Shown here: in pieces, positions 46,315 to 62,894 of the stretch
Position numbering within the stretch: position 1 is the first letter of the stretch
How the letters are laid out: each line of letters starts with the position of its first letter
Source of the DNA: the human T2T-CHM13v2.0 reference genome, Homo sapiens
NCBI RefSeq assembly: GCF_009914755.1
Contig: NC_060927.1
Length of the DNA: 64,000 bases
Direction: 5' to 3' (one strand)
Translations under genes and position numbers: made by a program
Notes under the pieces: generated by a model
Told to the model about the DNA's origin: nothing
What the model saw: the letters and a program-made list of their open reading frames with translations, nothing else
Databases searched by the model: none

Positions 46315-46742
46315 TGTTGTAGAACCTCAAAATTTGTTTGCATACTTGATGCACAGTAAGCCAAACACTGACACGTCAGTGCTTAGGAACAGAGAAAGGT
46401 TTATTTGATTTGGCCAAAGCCAAAGAAGATGGGAGAGATGAGCTCTCAAATCTGATCTGCCTTTAAACATAACCAGGGGCTTTTATGAGTAAGGCAGGAG
46501 GTGAGCTTCCCTTGATGATCAAAACTGTTTGCATCCCTCAGGCCAGTCAAACTCCTGGATGCTCTCAAGGAGGTCTGCATGACCAAGGATCATTGTTCTC
46601 TAAAAGAAAAACAAGTTCATGAATCTTGCAAGCAGCCCGGGGGGGTTAGGATATGAAGTTAATCAATTACTAGTGACTCCCCTCTACAGAAATGACTATG
46701 AGCAAGCCAGTGTGCCTGGAAGAAAACAAAGAAGGAAAAGTT

Positions 46743-46785
<43 letters not shown>

Positions 46786-46820
46786 TCCCTTATGATTTTT
46801 ACGGTAGTGGCTCAGTTACA
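46315..46820 (-). mobile_element. ERV1-type solo LTR (MER4/LOR1 group), with (CA)n
   Basis: tgttgtagaacc...gatgcacagtaagccaaacactgacac...gagaaaggtttattt...gctcagttaca; (CA)~19 at 46746-46783. Confidence 0.5.
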
Positions 46821-47734
46821 CTTTCATCAGCCGCAGAGGAGGCAAGTGACCCAGCCTAACTATCAGAAGGCCCCACTATTTTCAGCCAGAATGACTGGTT
46901 AAGGGTGGATGCATGCCCCCACGACCCACCAGCACAACCCGAGTCCCTGTGAGAGAGTTGGGTATGGATTTTTCAAGGGGGAGGTATTTAGTCCTGTGTC
47001 AGTGTACGTGGCAAGGGTGATGACATCCTGGCCCTGTCAGAGGGCCAGGAGACAGGCTTCTCATCCCATGAAGAGATTTTGTCTGAAACTGAAAGATGGT
47101 AACACCAAGGCGAGAAGAGCTGGGAGGGAGAGAGATACAGAGCACCGGCTGTGTGTACGGTTACCTTGAGCAGACTTTTTAGTTATGCAAACCAATAACC
47201 TCCACCTCCCATTCCTTTCATTTTGTGCATCCCTTAAGATCGTCTGCACTGTGTTTATATTGTTAGCCACTCCACGCATCCTGGCTAGTAGAGCACAGTT
47301 AAAGGTCTAAGAGCAGACAAAAAAAATGCCCCAGTGCTTAAGTGTTTTTTGTTCCAACTAGATGAAATCGTTGTTATTTTGAGGACAAAGTCATCACTAT
47401 CTAGCTGGAGAATATGATGTGGGACAGATACATTTTGATATAGAGGATGAAGAAGAAAAATGTCTGGAGCCTTAGATGTATTCGGACTTCTTTTCCAAGC
47501 CTGCAGCAATGTCCTGCAGGGCACCCAGAGATTCACTCAAGAGCACTGGCTATCCTAGGGTTTGACAAGGAAGAAAGAATGGAAGAACTACAGGCTACTA
47601 TCTCCTATGTCAAAGTGTTGTGGTAGTTGGGTGGTGTTTCTATTGGAGACGAGAAAAGTAAAAATGATCCAAATTGCAGCAGGAACACTTACGTGCATTG
47701 TTTGAATAAGTTCTATGAGTTCTAATAAGTTCTC

Positions 47735-48043
47735 TTTTATTTTTATTTTATTTTTTTTCAGACAGAGTTTTACTCTGTCAGCCAGGCTGGAGTACAGCGG
47801 TACAGTCTCAGCTCATTGCAACCTCCGCCTCCCAGGGTCAAGTGATTCTCATGCCTCAGCCTCCTGAGTAGCTGAGATTTCAGGCGTGCACCACCACACC
47901 TGGCTAATTTTTTTGTATTTTCAGTAGTGATGGAGTTTTTCCATGTCGGCCAGGCTGGTGTCAAACTCCTGGCCTCAAGTGATCTGCCTTCCTTGGCCTC
48001 CCAAAGTGTTGGGATTACACGGCATAATCCACTGTGCCCAGCC
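47735..48043 (-). mobile_element. AluSx/Sz
   Basis: Dimeric Alu; TSD-like aataagttct / aataagtata. Confidence 0.92.
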
Positions 48044-48145
48044 AATAAGTATAACTCTTAGGAGACATTTAGGAAAGATGGAGTCATTGATTGGATTGTC
48101 ACAAAAGTAGCAATGATGCAAAAGCACAGAGAAAGACTCAAGTCA

Positions 48146-48258
48146 TAGAGTGACCAATTGTCCTAGTTTTCTTGGGACTGAGGGGATGCCTAGGATATGA
48201 GACTTTTATTTTTAGAACTGGAAAGTCCTGGGTGAAATGGGACAAGGTGCTTACCTTA
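48146..48258. mobile_element. MER81 (hAT-Blackjack MITE)
   Basis: tagagtgaccaattgtcctagttttcttgggactgagggg...aaagtcctggg..aaatgggacaag..ttacctta, palindromic termini. Confidence 0.65.
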
Positions 48259-48631
48259 CTTGAGGGTTTCATAAGCATCTAGCTGATCAGCACATTTATC
48301 AAGCACCTGCTGTGTGCCAAGCACTGCCTTAGTTTCTAAGGACCCACAAATGAATAAGACACAGTCCTTGCCCTAGTAGAGATTTAAGAGTCATGAAGCA
48401 AAATGTGGATTTCAATCTCACATAAGAAATTCTGTGGCTTTATCAGTGTTCACAGCAGTTTCACCCAAAATATTTGAGTCTGTGGCTGATGTGAAATCTT
48501 AAACCAGGAATTTAGGTCTTAAGGTCTACCATGCAGGAAAACATACTGAAAAATTACTGTGATTGGTTGATTAGGCAAAAGTGAAGTTCTTTTGTTAGAA
48601 GTTTAGTTTGGTTACCTGTCTGAAATAGACA

Positions 48632-49460
48632 TTGTTGAAGCCCTGCCCAGATCCCATTTACCCAGCTGTTGCATCTCCCAGCTGCTGGCAGTGCTGGCTG
48701 CTCAAGGCTCTTTGCTAGATCCTTCTCTAAAGAATTTCCCTTGGTCCACAAGAACAACCTCGGTAGAAAATGCCTGGGAGCTTATGGTCCCACAGCTACA
48801 TGTAAAAGACCGGGAACAGCCCAGTTCTCTTGCATTCAGGTGCATTCTCTAACGCTATCATATTCCAGAGCTTCCTGTGGGATCAGACTGAAGCTAGACT
48901 GTAGCTGAAGCCACATCTTTTCTCTTGCCTTCTCCTGTTCCCCTCACTTTCTTACAGGCTTCTCCTGAGTGCACTCCTGTTGTGGACTGAATTGTTGTCT
49001 CCTGCTCCCTAAATTCATATGTTGAATCCCTCCCTCCCAGAACCTCAGAATGCATCTGTATTTGGAGGTAGGGCCTTTAAAGAGGGGACTTAGTTAAAAT
49101 AAGGCCATTAGGTTGGGCCCTAACCCAAGCTGACTGGTGTCCTTATGAAAAGAGGAAATCTGGATACACAAAGAGACACCAGGGGTGCACGTGCACAGAG
49201 AAATGGCCATGTGAGGACACAACAAGAAGGCAGCCATCTGCAAGCAAAGGACAGAGCCTCGGAAGAAACCCGACCTGCCCATACCTTGATCTTCAACTTC
49301 CAGTCTCCAGAACTATGAGAAAATACATTTCTGTTGAAGCCATCCTGCCTGTGGTATTTCATTATGGCAGCCCAAGCTGACTCATACAGCTCCCTCAAAA
49401 AATCCCGTGCATAAGAATCCTCACCTCAGGGTCTGCTTCCTGGGAACCCAACCAAAGATA
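48632..49460 (+). mobile_element. LTR16-like ERVL LTR split by MLT1B
   Basis: gccctgcccagatcccatttacc...cagctgctggc...aagaatcctcacctcagggtctgcttcctgggaacccaaccaaagata. Confidence 0.65.
48978..49388 (+). mobile_element. MLT1B solo LTR
   Basis: tgttgtggactgaattg...aaattcatatgttgaa...ggcagcccaagctgactcataca; TSD actcc / gctcc. Confidence 0.85.
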
Positions 49461-49914
49461 TTGTCTTAGAATGACTTGGAGAGTCAAGAGGAAAAAAATT
49501 CAGCAGTCAGGTGTTTCTACTAACTTCTCCCTCAAAGCTTTGTGGGATCTAAAATTTAAGAAATGCCGGCAGATTGCCTTTTCATTTTACCTAGTCACAT
49601 GTTGGTACTTTCTCTATAAGAAATATACGTATATACATACATATTTACTTTCTTAACCTTTTATTAAATATAAGAATTTGAAAATTGAAGCAATAAAGCA
49701 TACTTATAAGTTTAGGCGACCACCCTTACTGCCTTTCATATTTGAAGGTGGACAGTTGGTCCACTGCATGTCATGTCTCTGGTTTGCATTTTTGAAGCAC
49801 AGGGTTGGAAGAGTTCTGAAGACTAAAGGATCATCACAAGAATAATAATGATGAGAGCAATATTAACAGTGATCAGAGGAAGAGTATAGTATAAAATTCA
49901 AGAGAATGAGTTTT

Positions 49915-50485
49915 ACAAAGATCTAGAACCAGAAATACCATTTGACCCAGCAATCCCATGACTAGGTATATACCCAAGGGAATATAAATCATTCTCTTAT
50001 AAAGATACATGCATGTGTGTGTTCACTGCAGCATGATTCACAATAGCAAAGACATGGAATGAACCCAAATGCCCATCAGCGAGACTGGATAAAGAAAATG
50101 TGGTACATAAACACCATGGAATACTATGCAGCCATAAAAAGGAATGAGATTATGTCCTTTGCAGGGAAATGGATGGAGCTGGAAGCCATTTTTTTTTTCA
50201 GCAAACGAACACAGGAACAGAAAACCAAACACTGCATATTCTCACTCATAAGTGGGAGCTGAACAATGAGAACACATGGACACAGGGAGGGGAACAACAC
50301 ACACTGGGGCCTGTTAAGGGAGTTGGGGAGGGAGAGCATCAGGATAAAGAGCTGATGCATGTGGAGCTTCATACCTAGGTGATGGGTTGATAGGTGCAGC
50401 AAACCACCATGGCGCATGTTTACCTGTGTAACAAACCTGCACGTCCTGCGCCATGTATTCCACAACTTAAAATAAACAAACAAAA
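49915..50485 (+). mobile_element. 5'-truncated L1PA (roughly PA7/PA8-like) 3' end inserted in a MIR
   Basis: ORF2 C-terminal peptide DWIKKMWYINTMEYYAAIKRNEIMSFAGKWMELEAI, then 3'UTR and A-rich tail. Confidence 0.9.
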
Positions 50486-51226
50486 ACAGTATGAATTTTA
50501 GAGAGAGAAGGATTTGGCTTTCTGATCTCTCTTTAAATATCAGTTTTCCCATCTGCAAAATGGCAATATTAATTGCTAAGGATAACAAGAGCCCCATGGA
50601 GCTCTTGTAAGGAATTAAAGACATAATGCATGTCAAACATTAGCACAGACCCTAACCCATAAATGCTCAACAATGGACAGCTATTATGAAAACACCAGGA
50701 GAGAAACATTCTTGTAAACAGAGAGGGTCTCAGGTAATGGTATTTTGAAGTCACTTAGAATACTACTTCTAAGAACTGATAGTTAAATTTTCAGGAAATT
50801 TGTGAGCCTGTTGTTAATCTCAGCCATCCTTGAGGTCAGCTGCTGAGAAAATGGTCAGAAGCTATACATCAGGGCTCTTTCCCTCCCCAAGAGCCAGCTG
50901 TGATGCATTTACCAGTACATAGAGAGGTCCAGGATTGCTCAAAGGTGAGACTTTTGGTGCCCATTTACAATGCTGTTCTGCAGGTGAGTGTGCTTGAGCT
51001 CTGCTGTTTGCTTTTGTCCTGCCTGTTTCAGACTCTACAGCGTCACCCCTGCTGTCTCTGCTGTTGTGCTTCATTTTTCTCAGATCCTCCCTTTCTTTCA
51101 AGGCCCAGCACAAGCATCATCTCCTCCAAAAGCTCCATCCCGACCATTCCTGCCCTCTCCTCTGAACTCTGCCAGCATCACCCACCTAGCTCATTTGTTA
51201 ACACTCTGTTGCATCAGTACTGTCTC

Positions 51227-53696
<2,470 letters not shown>

Positions 53697-54586
53697 GTGT
53701 CGTCTCTTTAAAAGTTCTTCAGGCTCAGTGACAGCAGGGGCCTTTGTTTCACCCCACCCCTCCTTCCCTAGTATATAGCTCAATGACAATCAGGCTTCAA
53801 AGACCCCTTTCCCTGGGAGTCAGCTCATCTAATTATATGTGAGTTTCCTTCATTTATCCTCAGCCAATCAATTTCTAATTTGCAAAATGAGTAGATGGGA
53901 CTAGTTCGTTTCCACATTCCTTTCCAATACCATCTTTCTAATAAATCCTGGCTGAACTGAGTTGACTTTGCCCCACTGGATTGCGAATTCCTCAATAACT
54001 TAGAGCATCTCTGTATAGTTATCCAACCCAATCGCCTAACAGGATCAGCTACACACAGTAAGTTTTCAACGAAGGTTTATTAACCTCAGCAGGAACAACA
54101 AACACTTCTGGGTAAAATTACATATAGGATCCATTATGAGAGAAGACTATGTGAATCAATGAGTAAGTCCAATTTACATCAGCGAGTCCCACGCCTAACC
54201 CACTTCTGTTTGTATAAACTTGCTGTGAGACTTCAACTGCTTTAAAACAATCTCCTTATGGCTCAGTGAATGAGTCAGGATTTCTGGGGACCTGATGCAC
54301 AAAATCACGATCAAAGCTGGTTGGTGAGTCACATCCTTCATGAATGATCACTCCTGGGCAGGAACATATACAGTCTCCCCCCGATCCCCACCCACTGTTG
54401 CTCAGTATCTCCTCTACCTGGTCAGAGCCAAGGGTCACAGAGACATTGGCTGGAGACAAGAGTAGAGATCACAAGAGGACTGAACCAGAAGCCGGCTCCA
54501 TGGGACATTCTTTCTATTGCTTCGTCTTGGGTAGGAAAGGTCAGTCACACTGGATATCCTGGTGCAGGTACTTTTTGTTCCCCTCC

Positions 54587-55275
<689 letters not shown>

Positions 55276-56084
55276 CCTCCACTATTTGTGAAGATTGGTT
55301 ATGATGAGGCTTCTGCCATGGAAATGTTAACATTTGACTCCAGTGTTGCTGACGTTTTGAAATAAAGTTTTTGCAAGCGGTGCAACACATCATTTTCCTT
55401 ACACACCTGCTGGCATCATTACATTCCCTGGTCAGGAACCAGGAGGTTCACATGACCTACAGTACTGGATCTTTAACCATCTAACTACCTAATTCCTTAG
55501 TCCTTTCTGTCCAGGACTCCCAGTTGCATATTCTCTGTGGAAATTACATTCTCATTCTCCCTTCTACCTGAATTCCTACCTGCCTGCCCCCTTCTTCTCC
55601 TCTTTACTTCCTTTCTTTCTTTATCTGCTATTGATAGTACTTGGAGCTGCTGATACAATTTAGACACTACCCAGGCTTTCAAGGAATTCCTGCTTTCTGC
55701 TGTTGCCATGAGCTGAAATTCTTTTTCATCTTTACTTATCCAAAGCTGCTGGGAGGTAGCTCAAAGTCTAACCCAACTAAGAACACAGTCATTTATTCAC
55801 TTATTTGTTTACTAACTTAATATTTGTGGAGCACCCACTCTGTGTTAGCCTGTGCCAGATGTTTGCTGTTCAGGTAGGAAAAAAGGTTCCTGTTTGCAGG
55901 GAGCTTACATTACACAGAGAAAAAAGATAAAAATTAGATAAAATATCCAATATCAGCGGTGGTTCCAGAATCTCTACATCAAATGGGCTCAGGGGTGGAA
56001 ATCTGGTAGGAAAGTTGGTTAGAAGAAATTGACTTTTAAAATCTGATTTTGCATGGTGAGAGTTAATGTTAAAAATTGATAAGA

Positions 56085-56300
56085 TGTTGCCAGGGCCTGC
56101 AGGTGGAGAGGGAGGAATGAGAATTATTGCTTTACAGGCACAGAGTTTCAGTTCTGCAAGATGAAGAGCTCTGGAGGTGAATAGTAGTGCTGGTTGCACA
56201 ACAATATGAATATGCTTAATGCCACTGAACTGTACGCTTACAAATGGTTAAGGTGGCAAGTTTTATGTTATGTGAGCTTTACCACAATTAAAAAAAAAAA
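56085..56300 (+). mobile_element. L1MB 3' end
   Basis: cagagtttcagttctgcaagatgaa...ggttgcacaacaatatgaatatgcttaatgccactgaactgtac..aaatggttaag...accacaatt + A tail. Confidence 0.85.
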
Positions 56301-56399
56301 CTAAGTTTGCTCAAGTTTACATAAGACTGAGAAAATATCAGCAGTCTGCATCCAAAACTGTTATTGTGGGAACTGACTCCTTAGTACTACTTATAAGAG

Positions 56400-56945
56400 G
56401 GTGATAAATACTGTGGGAAAATAAAGCAGGGAGGTCTGTTTCACTGTGGCTGGCTGGTTGGCGGTCATAGAAACCCCTGAGTTGATGATGTTAAGCTGAG
56501 AGATAGTTGTCAAGAGGGAGCCGGGCAGGTGCTGATCTGGAAGCAGAACTGCCCACGCAAGAGGAATGGCTAGGGCAAAATCCACAGGGTGAGAGAGAGC
56601 AAGGTTGGAATATTCCAGAAACTGAAAGCAAGGGCCTATGTGGCTGAAGCATGTTGGAGGAGGGGCGGATGGGTGAGAGATGGGGCTGGGGAGGTGGGCT
56701 GTCTTACAGGAACACAGCCAAGCCCATTTGTTTCCAAACATTTGTTTCCAGCTGTCGAGGGCTACTTGCATGCTACAAGGGTGGACTTGAGTAGTTGTGA
56801 TGGAGTTTTGGCCCACAATACCAAAAATATTTGCGATCCTGCCCTTTTAGAAAAGGTTTGCCGACCTCTGCTTTAGAGGGTTATGAACAGGGAATGGCAC
56901 AATCTGACGGGAAGTTTAGAAAGATCACTGTGGCTGCTGGGTGGC
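56400..56945 (-). mobile_element. L2 fragment with nested MER58-like DNA transposon (~56690-56875)
   Basis: L2 motifs on both sides; inner ggaacacagccaagcccatttg...ttgagtagttgtga...tggcccacaataccaaaaatattt...aaaaggtttgccgacctctg. Confidence 0.6.
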
Positions 56946-57299
56946 ATATTTGTAGCTGACCCTCAAGTGTCTCCTATGTAGGTCTGAGCTCCAGCCGGAC
57001 TGAGGGCAGGGTCTCTACTTAGTTCCCTGATGATTCCCTATGAGACAATGGGCATGAGACAGCTGAGGCAAATAGAGGTGCAGGGACTTGCTTCAGGTCC
57101 CAGAGCTGTAAGTAGAGGAGCAAAGATGGAAATTGCTACTCAAATGACTTCATAGCCTAGGCGTTTTCTTTTACACCCAGCTGCCTTTGACTGCAGAAGC
57201 ATAAAATGCCTCTGTACTCTATAATTCTGGAGCAAAACAAGGTAAATCAGTCAAATGCAGGTGGCATAAAGTATGTGTAAAAAGAAGTTGTTTTTAAAT

Positions 57300-57651
57300 A
57301 TAATCATGCATCACTTAATGGTGGGGATATGTGCCAAGAAATGTGTCATTAGGCAATTTTGTCACTGTGTGAACATCATGAAATGTACTTACAAAAACCC
57401 AGTCGTGCAGCCTATTACACATCTAGGCTAGCTGGTATAGCCTATTGCTCCTAGGCTGCAAACCTGTATGGCATGCTGTTGTACTGAATACTGTAGGCCA
57501 TGGTAACACAATGGTTAAGTATGTGTGTCTCTAAATATAGCCAACCAGGGAAACTGTAAAGTAAAAACAGGGTATCATAATCTTATGAGACCACTGTCAT
57601 ACATGCAGTCCATTGTTCACTATAATGTTGTTTTGCAGCACCTGACTGTAT
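57300..57651 (-). mobile_element. Tigger3a/MER7A (TcMar) DNA transposon
   Basis: tcatgcatcacttaatggtggggata..aagaaatgtgtcattaggcaattttgtc...tcttatgagaccactgtcatacatgcagtcc...cacctgactgta. Confidence 0.75.
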
Positions 57652-58569
57652 TGTTTTTGGTGAAAGATGACCAGGAGTAGAGGTGACCTCCAAAAATCAT
57701 TATCCCATCCTCCAATATCTAGGAAAGTAACTCATAGACCAACAAGATAGATGATGATGAGTGATGCTTGACTGATGTACAACTATATACAGAAATCTCC
57801 ATTTGTTTTCTTTAAGCCAGCTGTAGATTGTGTTGAGTAACTTAAATAACCAAAATAACTGTTTTCAAATAGTTTCCCTGCCAAGTTTGATACCTCAAAT
57901 ACTTGAAATGTTCTGAGGAAAGAAGCTGAGATTACCAAAGTGAAGAATAAAAAGGGAAGCCAGATTTTTGAACCAAGAGGGAGATTGTGCCAGGCCTAAT
58001 CCAGCAGAGAGAACATTTTGAATGGGATTTTCCAAGAAGCAGGTTTTGGCTAGCTAGGGTGAAACTGTGAATCACAAAATAATGACATTGTGAGCTGTAA
58101 ACAGTTTTAATTTATACAGGTGACATTTAAAATGCTAATGAGACCTTAAGATAATTGCTGGAAGTTAGAAAGCCTCTGCTGGGAACTCTTCCAGTTTCTA
58201 TGGAAATGGTTCAAAACATAACCAGATCAGTGAAGATGTTTCTGGTTTACCTGACTTGGGTTTCAACTTCTACAAAGCCAAGGAATTTAAGTGACTATTA
58301 CTTGTGGTGACACTTTTGGTAATTGAAATCTATAGACTCCAGTCTGTAAGTAGAGCGTGAGAACTCATCTCAGCAACGGGAGATTTCAATGTAGCTTCTG
58401 TGGTCTGTTCACCTTGCAAGTGGAGATGTATCAACACCAAGAAAATTAGCTCTGTCTTCAACCAAGTCTGGTTTTGTACATTGATCGCAGGTCGTACATA
58501 CACACAAAAAATCTCAATGAAGTTTTTTTTTCCACTATTAACAATTTATTACACAGTTTTTCAGTATTA

Positions 58570-58890
58570 TGTTTGTTCAACAATCAACAGGAGTTCAGGT
58601 GCCTCCCATGTGCTGAATACTTTGGCCCCCAGATGTGGTGGTGAACAAGGCCAAATAAGTTCTCTGCTCCCAGGAACTCATATGTGAAGGAAGAAATTAA
58701 CACACATAACTGATACATACATAAAGTAGTATTGCATCTCTGATGAGTAGCACAAACAAAATTAAGCAGGGTAATATGATTGAGTGGATGATTAGAGGGC
58801 TCCATCCACCTGAAGATCAGGGCAAGCGTACTCCAGATAGAGGGAACAGTATGTGCAAAGGTCCTAAGGCAGAAACAAGTTGGCATTTTC
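58570..58890 (-). mobile_element. L2 fragment
   Basis: ttgttcaacaa...gtgcctcccatgtgctg...ctccagatagagggaacagtatgtgcaaaggtcctaaggcag. Confidence 0.65.
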
Positions 58891-58891
58891 A

Positions 58892-59136
<245 letters not shown>

Positions 59137-59139
<3 letters not shown>

Positions 59140-59264
59140 TTTTATTCCTCACTTTGGTAATCTCAGCTTCTTTCCTCAGAAATTTTCAAGTATTTGAGGT
59201 ACCAAACGTGGCAGGGAGACTATTTGAAAACAGTTATTTTGGTTATTGAAGTTACTCAACACAA
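59137..59264 (-). repeat. 128-bp inverted duplicate of 57828-57955
   Basis: Reverse complement aligns without gaps, 121/128 identical by manual comparison. Confidence 0.95.
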
Positions 59265-60142
59265 AATTTGTTTCTTGGATTTTAGCCTACCTCTTGCAAA
59301 GCTTACCATTGAGTTCTTTGCCTCTAGCACCGTCCTGTTACATGGCAGGCACTAAATAAATGCTCGTAGAATAAATTAGCCTCCATTCGTTGGTTTTAAT
59401 GATGCTTTCTGGATTCCCTCTCTTGTGACAAATCAAGTCTTAAAGGCAGTGCTCAAGTCTCTCATGATTGTTGTTTCTTCTTCTTTTGCCATGGTCCCAA
59501 TCTCTCCATCATGCAGGCAGCTTTCCTTCTGATGTTTGTCAAAGTGTCTCTTAAAACATGGTACCTGGAGCACATCATTGCACTTTGCTGGCAGCCACTG
59601 TCAGCTCTGTGTACACTGTGCTGGCCTCAGCAAGTAGTCAGTGACCCCTGAGACTATGCCCAAGCTCTCCGACAGTCATTAACCATGTGTGGGAATAAAG
59701 AAGTTGTTGAACAAAAACATGTATACACAGAAGTCTTGATTCTGTTGCTGCGCATGCAAATAATCTGGAGCATCAGGCCACAGTGAAGTGGCTCCTTGTT
59801 TCAAAAACACCAGACACACCTCGTACAGAAGGTCTTGTGTAAGTTTCTAGATGCTGTCTGATTGGAAGCACCTGAGTTGTAAGAGTTAGACTGGGCTGCT
59901 GCCTTTGGCCTAGGTGGAAGAAAGCTGCTAAAACTTCCCCAGGGAATAGTTTTCTTGTGAACAAATGGATTTAGATGAACAAATTACTTGCAATTAATTT
60001 CAGCCCTATGCACCGTAAATTGAATTGGGGTTACCTGTGAATTCCAAAAGATGTGGCTTAAGATATTCATATTTTACCCCATATTTTTATTTTACTTTTT
60101 AAAACTGAAATAAAATATAAGTATTAAATCATGTGTGGGCGG

Positions 60143-60207
60143 GCACGCATGCGTGCGCGCGCGCACACACACACACGCACACACACACACACACACACGC
60201 ACACGCA
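60143..60207. repeat. Compound (CG)n(CA)n alternating purine-pyrimidine microsatellite
   Basis: gcacgcatgcgtgcgcgcgcgcacacacacacacgcacacac... Confidence 0.9.
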
Positions 60208-60451
60208 GTGCTCTTCCTGAGAGCCAGAACTCTGCTAAGAATAGAGTGATGAAGGCTCCAGCAAATCTTTTCTTTTAAGATCCATCTTATCCTCTTTGAA
60301 GCACCCGAAGAGCAAATTGCAACATGGTGAAGTGTCTCTGCACAATCAGCAATCCCTTTCTGTACTCATTTTCTGCATGGGCACCCCCAACTCCTTTACA
60401 TTAACTCTCTCTCAAAGCTCAGGAAATGACCTCGCATGATCAATTTAAATC

Positions 60452-60818
60452 AGAATTTTCCAACTGGAGTCCACAAGCCATCAGTTACTGTTTGATGGTA
60501 TTTGTTTGGTCTGGTGTTAGCGTGCACTGTGTTAAAACATTTTTTTGTTGTTGTTGTCAAGAAGTTTAGTACAGATCTTCACTCAAAAATGAACATCTAG
60601 ACATTTCGGCTTTAAAAAAAAGTATGGGGTCACTCAAGGCCCACCTTCCTGCCTGGCAACAATGAGTAGAGCTGAGTAGTTGCTCTCCATTCAGGGGATG
60701 CATGGACCCTTTAGCTAGCTGCAATCCCCACCACTCCCTATTGTCACCCCACATTCTACTGCTTTACTCATTTACTTTACCTGCATGACTCCTGTAGATT
60801 TGGAATTAGTGACCACTG
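60452..60818. mobile_element. MER102-like hAT DNA transposon
   Basis: ggcccaccttcctgcctggcaacaatgagtagagctgagtagttgct...ccccaccactccctattgtc. Confidence 0.55.
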
Positions 60819-61559
60819 ATTGAAACACTTTGAAATAATTTTAATCCCTGTCATTCTTCTTCCCTAGAGAATTGGCATCTTCAGCCTTAGACAGTCTCTT
60901 ATTAAGGGAATTTCATATGGATGAGAGAGATATTTTATAAAAAATCCCCTTTAAAAGACCCCTTTAAATCCTACCAGGTAGGAATTTATTTTTAGGTTTG
61001 TGCATAAGGCAGACTCTATCCTCTTTAGTGGATGCTTTCATTATTTACATGTTTTAATAATTTTGTTTCTCTCTCTTTTATATCTTTTTCCAGGTCCCTT
61101 ACCTGCCTTGAGGCTAAGGTAAATTTCCTACAATGAATTTCGTATCTCTTTTTGTACTCATTACACAGGAAGCTTTACATTTAGCTGGGATGCCCTTTCT
61201 CTGTCCTTTCTCTAGGCTTCATTATTGGCTAGTTTTCTTTGGTGAACCTTGTTTGCCATCCATTTTCCCAGCCTTGTAGATAAGGTTTTTCTTTTTGTAA
61301 CCTGAGTGGTGTCTGGCGGTGTGGTAGTCTACCAATTAAACAATGATGTTCAGCTGGACCATGTTGCCAAGCTGTTTGGAAACAATAATGTATCCTCTTA
61401 TCTCAAACTCTGCTGAAAATTTTTGCTGTTTTTTGGTTTGTTTGGTTTTGTTTTTCTTTTGGTCAAGAACCTCACTTTTAGAGCACATTTCTTGCAGTGT
61501 GGAGATTAGTCTTGCCATTTATGTCTCTTCCCAAACTTTATCTTGTTGTTTTCATGGGC

Positions 61560-61775
61560 TTTAGAGTCAGAGACCTGGGTGCAAGTCACTTCAGAGACTG
61601 AAGATGTGTGATCGTAGGCAAGTTATTTAACTTCTCCGAGCTACAGTTTTCATATCTGCAAAATGGGGACAATCATAGTACCTGCCTTTTAGGGTGGTTG
61701 TAAGGAGTAAATCTTATAATAAACGTAAAGCCCTTAGCTGAGAACTTGGCACATAGTAGTTGCTCAGTAAGTATG
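61560..61775 (+). mobile_element. MIR
   Basis: agagtcagagacctgggtgcaagtc...ggcaagttatttaacttctccgagctacagttttcatatctgcaaaatggggacaat. Confidence 0.8.
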
Positions 61776-62076
61776 GGTAGCATGTTTACTCAGTATCTCA
61801 CAGTTTTCAAAGTACTTTCACATTCTTATAATGCCCATGAAACCCGGTGAGATAAGCCGAGGCTCAGACTCAGTATCAGAACCAGGGAGGATGGGAGTGG
61901 AGAGAGGCTGTGCTAATTCTTGGGGACTCTGGTGCTACAAATCCTCTACTGAAATGTTTAGATCTTGATAGGGGACCCATTTCACCCATCCCTTGCGGGA
62001 ATGAACCTGCTTCCCCACCCACAGATAAAGATCCTCATTAGGGCTGGGGGAATGATCTTTGCAGGAACAGACTTTT

Positions 62077-62190
62077 AAGGGTGACCAGCTACTCTGGTTT
62101 GCTTGGGACTGAAGTGTTTCCTGGAATAAAAGCCTTTCAGTGCTGAAACTTGGACAGCCCTGGGAAAAGTGGGATTGTTGGTCATCCTAG
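62077..62190. mobile_element. MER81 (hAT-Blackjack MITE)
   Basis: aagggtgaccagct..tctggtttgcttgggactga...ctttcagtgctgaaact...gttggtcatccta with terminal inverted repeats. Confidence 0.7.
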
Positions 62191-62351
62191 ACTCCCCAGG
62201 AACCCACTGTAAAGCCAGAGTATAGGAAAAACATCCAGGAACTCTTGGGTACTTTTTCTCTCTTTGGCTGAGAGTGCTGCTTTTTAGTGCAGGCTTTAGC
62301 CCAAGAACGAGAGGTGCGTCATGCTTGAACAAAATATATTTCATGAATAAC

Positions 62352-62643
62352 TTTTTTTTTTGAGATGGAGTCTCGTTCTGTTGCTCAGGCTGGAGTGCAG
62401 CAGTGCGATCTCGGCTCACAGCAACCTCTGCCTGTCTGGTTCAAGTGATTCTCCCACCTCAGCCTCCTGAGCTGCTAGGATTACAGGTGTTCACCACTGT
62501 GTCTGGCTAATTTTTGTATTTTTAGGAGAGACAGGGTTTCACTGTGTTGGCCAGGCTGACCTCAAACTCCTGACCTAATGTAATCCTCCTGCCCCGGCCT
62601 CCCAAAGTGCTGGGATTACAGGTGTGAGCCACCCCGCCTGGCC
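62352..62643 (-). mobile_element. AluSx
   Basis: TSD atgaataactttt at 62343-62355 and 62644-62656. Confidence 0.95.
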
Positions 62644-62894
62644 ATGAATAACTTTTGTATTGATTACGTGTTGAAATGACAATATTTGGATATGTTGGGT
62701 TAAAAAAAGTTACAAATTTTCCAAAAAAAAGGCAGCAGCATAGAAAAAATTATTTTTTCTCTACTTACACTTAAAATATCACTAGTGCATATGCTCTGTG
62801 GGGACCTAAGAGACCAGGTAAGAAGAGTCCCCAGCAAAGCCACTCCTGTACATCCCCTGTGAAGCCATCTTGAGGCCATTATGTTCTGTATCAC

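Noticed and set aside
50124-50636. 170-aa ORF
   Set aside because: It is an antisense read-through of MIR and L1 3'UTR sequence.
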